From: Azolla caroliniana
Taxonomy: Eukaryota; Plantae; Polypodiophyta
Assembly: GCA_043228905.1 (NCBI GenBank)
Contig: JBHGNT010000009.1
Location: 16,430,001 to 16,494,000, forward strand
Length of the DNA: 64,000 bases
Direction of reading: 5' to 3'
Shown here in pieces: positions 1-10,456 of this stretch. Below the pieces are notes generated by a model that made no database searches, had not been told where the DNA came from, and saw only the letters and a program-made list of their open reading frames with translations. Each line of letters starts with the position of its first letter. Position 1 is the stretch's first letter. The position numbers were made by a program, and so were the translations under genes.

Positions 1-1510
1 AGTCGACACACTTCTCCCTCTTGTAGAAGTTTCAAGTCCTCTAATAGATGCATACCCTTTTCACTCATGTGGCCTAACCTCTTATGCCATATCTATCCTG
101 CTGAGTCGGCTTCCACATTCACTTCTGACTTGCACAATCGGGCTTGCATTATATAAAATGTGCCTTCTTTCTGTGCCGACCCTTCGTTGTGGACTTCTTT
201 GCCGGTTCCTTCCTCTGCCGGGATGTAGAGCCACGTTCGACTCCGACTGAGACAGGACTCCCTTGTCCTTCCTCCTCATCTCCTCATTTACCACTTGTAG
301 AGACAATTTTTCTTCCTGACATGAGGTGCTGAGAGTAACCACCAGGTTCTTCGAGCTGTCTGGCAATGTGCACATCAGTAGTATGGCATGTATTGCATCT
401 TCAAGGTGAAACTTGGTTGCAACCACTTGGTTCACGTACTCCATGAATATGTTGATGTGTTCGATGATTCTCTCACCATCTCTGTATTTCAATCGTACGA
501 TCTTTCTCATTGGTAAGGTTTTATTGAGGGCTTTCTTCCTCTCATATAGACCTGACAGCTTCTGCCACATCTCATGGGCATTTGTGTCGTTCGCCACATG
601 CTGAAGGGCACTTAAATTGACGCACTGTCGAATGGTGGCCACTGCCTTTCTGTTAACAATTTTCCATTCTGACTCTAATACCCCCGTGGGTATTTTTGCT
701 CTGTCAATCGGCTTATACATGTCTTTGACTATGAGAAGGTCCTCCATCTTTATCTTGCAGTCTGCGTAGTTCTAAGAGTTTAGAACACCTCCTTCCATGC
801 TTGCACCTCAAGAACTGATACTAGTTTGTTGAGAATCGAATCGTCAATCCACAATAGATATGCTGAAATACACAACTCGGAACACACACAACAACAATGT
901 ACACATATTTTACGTGGAAACCCTGAAATGGGAGAAAACCATGGGTGAACACAACTTCATTATAGTGTGGATGTACAGGGGAGAATATTACAGACTCTCA
1001 ACTATGGAGTGTATCAGTGTCATAGGGATCTTGGCATCTGTTGTTACACACACACACAACTATGGCGCCGCTCTCTCACTCTATTCCTCTCACGCTCATG
1101 CTTCTCTATTCTACACATTACTCAACACTTTTTGTTTTACTTTTGTTCTACGTTTGGCCTAGATGTATTTATACTCATACATCATATGGGCTATTTACAA
1201 GTGTTGCCCCTACTTCACATCTCTATTATTATTATCTATAATAATAAGTAGCCATCAACTGACTCTAGTGTCGACTTTCCAGTTGGTCCGACTAGTCGGC
1301 TTGGTCCTCGACCATCCAATCGGCCCAACTAGTAGGTCGTGTCTTCTACTTGTATCTCCTTCCTATCTACTCTCACAATCGACTTTCTCGTAGTCGACTC
1401 TTCAACCATCAGAATTCGGCCCGAACAGTTGGCTCCTCCTTGTCTTCGATTGTCGGCATGTCTTGACATAGGTAGTCAGCTCCTCCCACTGGAGGGACAT
1501 AATCCCAACA
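1..1510 (-). mobile_element. 5' part of a degenerate Tork/Tnt1-like Ty1/Copia element (5' LTR 827-1510, decayed PBS ~815-824, gag, internal deletion, GAG-pre-integrase at window start)
   Basis: LTR TG(827)...CA(1510). ORF 82..747 is homologous to the N-terminus of the 41453..45526 polyprotein. WHKRLGHMSEKG motif near nt 60-90 follows gag directly, so the zinc knuckle and protease are deleted. Confidence 0.85.
82..747 (-). pseudogene. Copia gag fragment (UBN2-type)
   Basis: MEDLLIVKDMYKPID...KAVATIRQ...MWQKLSGLYERK aligns with the gag of element I. Confidence 0.85.
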
Positions 1511-1681
1511 CATCCACTGTATAGTGAAGCTTTTGTTCTCTTGTGGTTTTCTCCCATTCTAGGGTTTCCATGTAAATTTGTGTGCACTGTGGTTTTTGTT
1601 TATCTTGTTGTTTTGTGTGTTTCCGAGTTGCGTATTTCAGCGTATTCATTTCTTGTGGATTGGCGATTCGTTTTCTCAACA
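1511..1681 (+). mobile_element. 3' end (U5) of a related Copia LTR in opposite orientation
   Basis: Diverged reverse complement of 827-~985, ends TTCTCAACA, contains GTGGTTTT-CCC..GGGTTTCCATGT motif. Confidence 0.75.
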
Positions 1682-1685
1682 CACC

Positions 1686-3035
1686 TGTGAAATGTTACGT
1701 GCGGAAGCTATATGAAAACATAGAATACTGACAGAGAAGAAAAACAGGTTTCATGGAGATCTTAAGACACAATGTACGCGGGAGAGACAAAGAGGGAATA
1801 AACACACAGAAAAACTAAATTCAAAATGATGTGTGAACTCTGTACATAGGATGTGCTCCAAGAGCACTTTTATACAAGTCCATACGGACTGACAGAAGTA
1901 CTAACACGTACTTCAATGCTCATAACTAAGCTCCTACACTAACCCCCAAATATATTCCCTCGCGGAATATCTGTTCAACGGCCTCCCGATTTCCACACCG
2001 ATATGACCTCTTGTTGCACACCGGTTTACGCACCGATCTGGCCTAACCGATCGGTCCAAACCGATCTGGTTCTCGGCTTGCATAGCCGATATGGCCAATG
2101 TTGAGCTTGTATCTCAACACTCCCACTCAAGCTCAACTTGAGGCTCTTCCAGTTCTTTGCTCCGGTTTCTCTTGACTTCACGCCTCTCTTGCACTCCTCG
2201 ACCCGTTCGATTTCGCGCGCCTCGACCCTTACGGTCGGCTTGTCTGCTCGTGCAACCTTTTCTAGCTCCCTTGTTGTAACGATGTTGGCGCCTTTTCTGC
2301 TGCCCTTTCCTTCGCTTGGCCTTTCGTTGATTAAGCATCTCCGAATCCAACATATGAGCTGAATCGGTTGCCTCTGATTCGTCTCCACCTTTGTCTAAAT
2401 TGGTTGTCTTCAATTTTTCCTCAATCTTGCCCCTCTTGCCCTTGTTGGCTTCATCTCACCCATGCTTGGCTGGCTCTGGCTCTTCCTTTGGGCTGCTGCC
2501 CTCTCGTCCACTTCCGGACTCTTCCGCAGATCCGCCTTCGGCTTCTTCAGCTGACACTAAATTGAATTCGTCATCTGATTTGGTGTCGTGGTCACTTCCG
2601 CTCCTTTCTTGCTCCTTTCCGTGGTTTTGCGGAACTTGCAGAACTTTTCTCCCCCTCAAGTTCAGCATGTCGATGTGCCGCAACCCAAGCGCACTCAAGA
2701 ATTGCCACAATTTGTCTAGACCAAGGGGCTTGGTGAAGATGTCGGCATTCTACCGACCCGTCAAAACATACTTAAGTTCGAGTTCAGCAGAGAGGACACG
2801 CTCATAGACAAAGTGGTAATGCACCTCAATGTGCTTAGTCCGTGCGTGGAAGACGGGGTTCTTCGCAAGTTGGATGCTGCTGAGGTTGTCGCAGTAGCTC
2901 GTCGTCGGACCGGACACCTCCACTTGCAGATCCTTAAGTAGCCACTTCAGCCATATGGCTTCGCATGTTGCGACAACCGCTCCTCGATACTTGGCCTCTG
3001 TGCTCGACAGTGCAACTGTCGGTTGCTTCTTGCTA
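1686..3035 (-). mobile_element. 3' end of Copia element P (3' LTR 1686-2119, PPT 2120-2132, RNase H fragment ~2650-3035), same lineage as C and F
   Basis: LTR similar to 38097-38466/48991-49370. Minus strand reads KKQPTVALSSTEAKY...AKNPVFHARTKHIEVHYHFV. Truncated at ~3035. Confidence 0.85.
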
Positions 3036-4033
3036 CATATTATAGATAATATGTAGAGGTAAATAAATATATATATATGTTATATTACATGGAGAAGTGA
3101 GGATTTGAGCCAATAATTCCCGCCTTATGACACTCTAACCTCACCATTTAGCCTATACTAACAATTTACAAGAGATCAGATGCGTTGTTTTATTTGAAGT
3201 AGTATTTTAAAGTCTAAACCATGTAATACACCATATAGCAAATTACATGGGGAAAAGGGGACTTGAACCAATAACCCCAACCTTACGAGCATTCAAACCT
3301 TACCATTTAGCCTATACTTATGATGTATAAAATATGTGTGTTGTAGTATTGTATGGTTTAAACCATGAAATGTACCACATGTGCACTATATAGCACACAT
3401 GCAAGAGCCTCTTTGCATGTGCACCATATAGCACACATGCAAGAGCTTCTCTACATGTGTGCCACATGGCCCATAAGTAGAACCATCTCTTCCCTATAAA
3501 AGGAGAAGGGAGTATAGACACAAGAATTTGAAGGAATTGATCAATATCAAAAGAGCTATATTATATATATCAATCGATCAATAAAGTTATGTTGTAAGAG
3601 ATATCACAATAGAAAAAGAAGAAAAGAAGGCTGATATACAAGAGAAGCTCTAAGTTGGCGGTTGTGTTGCTCCACTCTCAACAAAAAGGGTGGAGGTTCA
3701 AGTCTTATCTCATTGAAAGATAGAAGAGAAGATTACATGGTCTACTATCAAGAAAGAGAAGAGTGATAGAAGCGAAGATTGTGATCTATCTTGTGAGACA
3801 AAGTTCAAATTCAACAACGCTCGCAACTATTTTGTAACTCTTTCATCAAATAATTATAAATCTCTTTTATTGCTTCAATTATCATTCTATATCCTATCTT
3901 GTTTATCACTATTTATCTATTTCTACTCTTTCGTTTCTTCCGTCCAAAATCCCAGTGATTCCATCCTCACTTTCATGTTATCTTCTATGTATGCAACGCT
4001 TCGCTTCTAGGCGAGCCACGCCACGACACAATT

Positions 4034-4050
4034 TGGTGAACCCAACATGA
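4034..4050 (+). other. Primer-binding site, tRNA-Trp type (degenerate)
   Basis: TGGTGAACCCAACATGA. Intact versions TGGTGAACCCGACGTGAA at 10978 and 34807 are complementary to the 3' end of plant cytosolic tRNA-Trp as I recall it. Confidence 0.8.
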
Positions 4051-4095
4051 AACAGGGAAGTAGAAGAGACATCTAAAGTAAAGATCAACATCAAC

Positions 4096-5839
4096 ATGGC
4101 AAGAACAAGTACAATGGATCTGGTAATGTTATTTATTGAAAAGTTGAATCAAGATCGATTATTTCATGCCTTACAAGAAGTTCGAGAGAAGATTGGTATG
4201 TTTGATGGCACAAATATTTCGAAGTACGTGAATATATATTATGATGAAATTGAAATGTCTGGTATCAATGATGTCAATATGATATAAAACTTTTATAAAT
4301 TACTGGACATGGAATTAAGAGATAGAATTCATGAAATACAAACATTGCATAGTTTGGATTGGAATGCATTCAAAGAAGCACTTGTGTTTGAATATGCTTG
4401 TGAGGATTTCTCTCGCGTTACTATGTGTTCATTCCATGAATGGATCTTAAAAGGAGATAAAGGGTTATCTGTGGCTAACACGAAAAAATATTTTAATAGA
4501 TTGTATGGACACTTAAAGCCGGACGAAAGAAATTCTTTGTCTTGACAAAAGGTTGCTTTATTTTTGCAGGCAGTTGACAAGAGATATAGAAAAGAATTGG
4601 AACTTATGCTTGAGGTACCAAATACCGAGGATGGCATAACTGCAGATTGGAATGAGGTAACAAATGCTTGTAATAAATTTATGAAAAGAATGCAAGGGAG
4701 TGGTGCAATGCTACAAATACCACATGTGGGAATCACAATTTGGCTTGAGCAAAACATCGAAGTTCAAAGACTTGGTCGAGAACCATCACACGAAATGGTC
4801 CATCAACCACGAGAAATGATCGAAACTAAGAGTGAGTCTTTGCTTGATGATTTAGTTCAAAGTATGAAAGATCTAACAATTAAAGTGGCAAAGCTTGAGA
4901 ATGGTCAGACTTCGAGGTCAAGGAAACCATTTCAACATCGATGCATCTGGTGCGATAGTCTCGAACATCGATTATGTGATTGTGAAGAGTATAAAGACAT
5001 GGAAAATCGAGACTTGGTCTATTGGAAAAATGGTAACATTTACTTAATTGAAACTAGAAGTCCACTTACAAAGAACTTTGGTGATTGTGGTGTTAAGGTT
5101 AAGTTTGAAGAAACGGAAGCAAAGAAGACTTCTGCAATGTACTACTCGGCAACGGCAGGAATGCGCCTCGATGACATGCCATCCCAATCATCATTCTGGG
5201 AGAAGGTTGTAAGTACCGCACAAAAGCAAAAGATGAAGATGGAAGACCTTCATGTTGCCGAAGATTCTGTAAGGAAAAACACTGGATGGGATGTTTCAGT
5301 AGATTCTATGACGGTCTCTGCTCAGATGGCAGAACACGAAGAGCATGAGGTGATAGTGGAAGGAAAAAGGAAAAGGCCGAATGATGAGATTGGCTCAACA
5401 AAAAAGCATGAGACAAGAGAAAGCAAAAGAAAAGAGATGGATGCAAAAGTCGAAAAAGGTAAATCTGGTCCTTCATTCAAATTAATGTCGGATATTGAAA
5501 AAGATATAGATTTAAAGAAAGTTTTAGAAACAAGAATACTACACAGTCGAGTAGAATTTACACTAAGAGAAGTGTTAGGTATTGAAAAAAGGGCATTTCA
5601 TGATGAAATAATTCATATTGTGCAAAGAAAGAAGCAAATTAATGAGCAAGTTAAAGAGACAAATCCGAAGGTAGCATATGAAGTGGTGAGCAACGAGTCA
5701 AACAATATCATTGTTGACTCTCAACATGCATCAACCTCAATGATAAGTTCAATAGATGCAAGAAGCCACTACTCTTGCAAATGTTGGGCAAGAGACACTA
5801 CTCAGCATCATGTGAAGATTGGAAATGTTCCAGACCCGG
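4096..5839 (+). pseudogene. Gypsy A gag (stops; CIWCDSLEHRLCDC zinc knuckle)
   Basis: ORFs 4096..4287, 4309..4545 and 4564..5910 are homologous to the gag of B and E. Confidence 0.85.
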
Positions 5840-5902
5840 TGTCACGAAGTTTCGCGTTCGCATGTAGGAAGAGGCGGGACCACGGGGGTCTTGGACCAAG
5901 GA

Positions 5903-5947
<45 letters not shown>

Positions 5948-6597
5948 GCACACGGGAAGAGATTAAGAGCAAGGAAACAGGAATCCGATTACTATAGTCA
6001 AAAGCTTACAACTCAAACAGTTACAACCGGCAACCCGGTAATGGACCCGACACGGGGTCCTACTCACGCACACCGACGACAGCCACACGACTCGAAGAAA
6101 AAAAAGGGAAAAAGGGGAGAGAGAGACTCTACTGGAAGCACACGGGCTGTCCATGGAGCAGAGGCAGCGAACTCACGACACCCGCAGAGAACAACGATCG
6201 GAGGAGAGAGAGCTCGACACTCGGTTCTACAGCAACACTTCGTCCTCCCCAACGCGCGATTCCTTCTTCTCCCCTCTCTCCTCTCCTGAAATAGTTCTCA
6301 AAAGGGGGTGCCCTTTCTCCCTAGTCAAATCGCTTTATTCCTTGTCCCTTCTGACAGAGATACGCACAATCCCCTAATAAATGTGTACTACTTAGTATTT
6401 ACATCAGCCGATCCATTTATGAATCATGTACAAAATATCAAAATATCAATTCATGCACCCATCCGTGTAAGAGCCGGTTCATGCACCTTTTTCTCCGATT
6501 CCGCCTATGCCCGATTTTCTTCACGACATCCACCCCCACCAAACCGCGCATCTACCGGCATGCGCCAGAGATGGGTAGATACCGAAGAAAACTGGCT

Positions 6598-8330
6598 TCA
6601 CTCATCGTTCTCCGATTCTCCGCTTGGCCCAAACTGATCGTCGTTGTCGCTCCCGCTCGTAGGCTCCAGCTTGTCTTCGAACCGCTTCTTGAATGCTTTG
6701 ATCCGCTTCTCGGCCATCGGCACCGCTAATCGTGTCCCGTCGAGTTCCGCGAGGTGGTATGTGCTGTTGTCGTTTGCGCTCGTCATCGTGTAGGGCCCGA
6801 ACCATCTCCTGGCGAACTTTCACACCGCCTTGTGCTGATTGTCGAGGCTGTTGTTGTATACCAGGACCCAGTTGCCTTCGTCGATCTTCTTTGGTCGCAA
6901 CCGGTGTGTCCAGTTGAACCGGGTCTTGTTTTGCTCCCTTGTTGCTCACAATTTTTCCTTCGCCCATTTCACGTCCTCCGGCCTCCGCTCGAGTTGCTGA
7001 ATCCACACCGCCAGCAACTCCTCCCGGCTCATTTCGTCCTTCCAATCTACCACCGGCCATGAAGAAACCGTCTGTTCCACCGTCATGATCGGCTTCTGTC
7101 CGTACATCAGCTCTACCGGCATAAACCCTGTCACCGAACTGTGCGTAGTTCGGTCCGCCCATAGTGCTTAAGGAAGGAGCCGCGGCCAATTCCCGACTTG
7201 CCCTCCGCATGCATGCACCAACACCTTTACGATTGGCCTGTGCCCACGTTCTACCTTTCCGTTCGCCTCCTTGCTGGTCAAATAGCTCCTTAGCTTCCCA
7301 CGCATCCAACTCTCCCCGGTCCGCCATGATCCTCCCGACGCACCCATATCGACACACTACATCTTCGATCAGGAACCGACATACCACCGCGGTTGTCTTG
7401 TTCTGCAGTGAACGGCCTTCCACCTGGTTCGTTAAGTCTTCCCGTGCAAGCACTAGGTATCGCATCTGTCCTACTCCCATCGGCATCGTCACCAAGTCCA
7501 CCATCCACTTGAAATGGACCGTAGGCGAGTAGGTTAGGTGTAGCTTGTCCCGGTGTCGGATTGTGGAGTGCATGTGATAGCTTTCGCAAGTCGTTATGAA
7601 CCGATGCACGTCCTGGTACAGCCCTTGCCACCAGTACTTCTCCTTCAGCTTCTCGAACGTGGCCCACATTCCGCGGTGCCCAGCCTAGGGACTCTCGTGA
7701 AATGCCGCCAGTAGTTCCTCCTGTTCTTCTTTCTTTGTCACTACTCGGAGCGGGATGTCGTCTCTCTTCTTTGGGTGCCTCCATATGCACTTGTCCCGCA
7801 GGAAGAATCGGTACACCTTCTTCCGTACCCGGCTCGCCTCTTCTCTCGTCCATGATGCATCCGGTGTCATTGTCCGTAGGAACCTCCCGATTTGCAGCCA
7901 CTCCCCGTCGTACCTGCTTTCGTTAGATTCGTCAAGCGCCGGAGTGTCCCTTTCCCTCGTCGATACGTTAGCCGACCCGAAGAAGTTCTCGCCAACTTCT
8001 TCATCATCCGAAACCATGCCGTCTTCGTCGTTGAACCTTGCTCTCAAAAGCATGTCGGCCATGGCGTTATCCTTTCCGGATATGTGCCGTATCTCCGAGT
8101 TTAGGGACTTAATATACGCTATCCACCGGAGCATTGCTAGGTCCGGCGTCGCGGATCCGGAAACCATGCCGAGTAGCGGCAGGCAGTCCGTCTCGATGAT
8201 CACCTCTGTCCCGATCAGATAGTCCTTGTCGGCCTTGACTACCGAAACGATACCCCAAAGCTCGCGCTTAACTTGGGCGTATCCTCGCTGCCGTTCGTTG
8301 GGGGAGAGGACTCTGCATCCCTTGAGTCGC
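6598..8330 (-). pseudogene. Gypsy B RNase H C-terminus and integrase (frameshifted)
   Basis: YAQVKRELWG..ETDCLPL..HISGKDNAMADML; WATFEKLKEKYWW..KWMVDLV..ADRGELD. Confidence 0.85.
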
Positions 8331-8571
8331 TCCTCTGCTCGCTTCCTTTCCCGGCCGCTGACGTTGGCTATAGTACAACCTCCGTTTTCGGAAAACAAAA
8401 ACTTCCTACCTACTGTACATGTGTGGGGTTTTTCCGGTATGTCCGGACTACCGCGGCCCCATGCCTTGATAGCCCTCTCTAAAAATCCCCTCGGTTGTCG
8501 CCGTCGAGGGTCTCGCAATTCCTCTCATGGTTCGGACGTATGGTCATGAATTGGACGGAATGCCGACCGTC

Positions 8572-10456
8572 CTAGCTCTTGACGCGTGCGTACGCCGAAC
8601 CGTTGTCTAGCACCTTCGTCTCTATGCGTGCTGCCGTAATGTTTGGTTCGCCAAAAATCACCAGGTGCGAGGATGTTTCCTGCATGAAGAAATGTTGATC
8701 TATCTCGATGTCACTGACCTTTACGCGTATATTCGGGCACACACCATGCAACTCCTCCGTAGCACGCGTCGCCGCGCGTATCTTCCACCCATGCTTGTTG
8801 TTGATCGGCCATTTACCCCTCTTGTAGAAATCCATGGACATCATGTTGATTTCGGACCCATGGTCTACCAAGGCCACCACCGGTTCCGGAACGTCGCCGA
8901 TCCGCACAGGGGTCTCTATAGTTGCCCTGGCCCAATGTGGCTTCGTGTAGTGGCTTTCCGCCAACTCGTCTTCTAGGGCCGTGTCTTCTAAGTGCATAGT
9001 CCGCACCTCCACCGGCTTCTCTGGTTCTGGCTCCGTCGAGAGCCTCTTCCGCTTCACCAAGTCTATGATGGAGTCGTGGAACTCCCTCTTGGCGATTCCC
9101 AGCACCTCCCACAACGACAGCTCCACTTTACTGTCGAGGATCCGCTCTTCAAGGACCTTCCGTAGGTCCGTTGCTCTCTCGATTTCGGTGCTCAACCGAA
9201 ACCCCACCTGCTTCTTTCCGTCCGGCGCGCCTGGGTTGCCTGCACCAGTCGGTTTCGGTCCGAACCGGGTCTCATACCTCTGCGGGGAACCCACCCCCCC
9301 GGCCTTTCCTGCCCGTTTGTCTTCCACCAGAACCTCGTTGTTCTGGCAAGAGGCTTCTATGAAGCCCGTTTTCTCTTCAATCGGATCGTCCCATCCGGTG
9401 ACCTCCCGGACCCGCTGTTCCACGCGGTCCGCCTCTTCCTTCTTTAGCCGAACTCCGGAGAGGCCTTCTAGCACTAGCGGCCAGAATCCGGAGTCCTTCA
9501 CCTTTCGAAACTCGTCACCCCCGACCCAAATTCCCGCCGACGCTGAGTAGGTAACGGCTTCTACATGCCGTGTCGCGGCCTCTTCCATCAACCTCTTCAT
9601 TCCGTCGCGCCCTGTATTCAGTTTTAGGGCTCTCCGGGTCTCGCTCGCGTGCACCCGTCCGTTCCAGAGGTACACCACGTTGGCCCTGAGTGCGTCGGTG
9701 AAATCCGTGCAATCCTTCCGAATGTGACCGATCGCGTCACACCACATGCACCACTGCCCTGCCGGCGGCCTCCGGTCGCAAGGTTGTTCGCCGCTATATC
9801 TTCGGGCCTGTGCGATTTGCACGTCGCGCACCATCTGTGTCAGCTCCTCCAGAGCCGCTCCTCCGGATGGGCCTCTGACCACATCATTCGATGACGACCC
9901 CGACTCTAGCCAGATTCGGGTCTCTTCCTTCCTACCGGCCGGCACCGATACCGGATCCTCGAGCCTCCTTGCCGGGACCGGCTCTGACCTTGACGAGCCT
10001 CCGTAGCTCCAATCGCGCCGTTTGTCGAAACGGCTACAGACCCGTCTTACCACGGCCCAGTCTGCCGTGAGCAATTCGTTCGTTTCCAATAGGGGACCCA
10101 CCTTTTCCCTGTCGAGTGTGTCCACCGACTTGACAAACAATAGTACTCGACTCGTTTTGAGCACGATCCGGTCCACCATCGACAGCCGCGCGAACCGTTT
10201 TTCGAACTCCTGAAGGAGTGTCGACGTGTTCCTCCCTTTTCCGGGGCATTCCACCCATGCCATGAAGTCCCGACTCGACAGCCGAAGCGAGTCGTCAAAC
10301 CCGTACTTCTCGAGGAGCTGCAGCTCAAACTCCTCCCAAGTCTGCCATCCGACCAGCACCTCGAGCACCTCTGCGTGGATGCTCGGCGTCACCACCCGAG
10401 GGAATCCGGACAACAGCCTGTCCATCGGGATATCCCTCATGATCATTTCGGCCCGG
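8572..10456 (-). pseudogene. Gypsy B gag-protease (N-terminus displaced to 14834-~15000 by insertion of D)
   Basis: 624-aa ORF with CMWCDAIGHIRKDC knuckle and ALVDHGSEIN aspartic-protease motif. Confidence 0.88.

Noticed and set aside
3091-3316. Functional tRNA genes
   Set aside because: Acceptor and anticodon stems do not pair; only the boxes and spacing remain, so reported as a Pol III-like module
5819-6377. ERERE-containing ORFs (also 15101-15587)
   Set aside because: Translations of the (GA)n microsatellite and LTR sequence of element B
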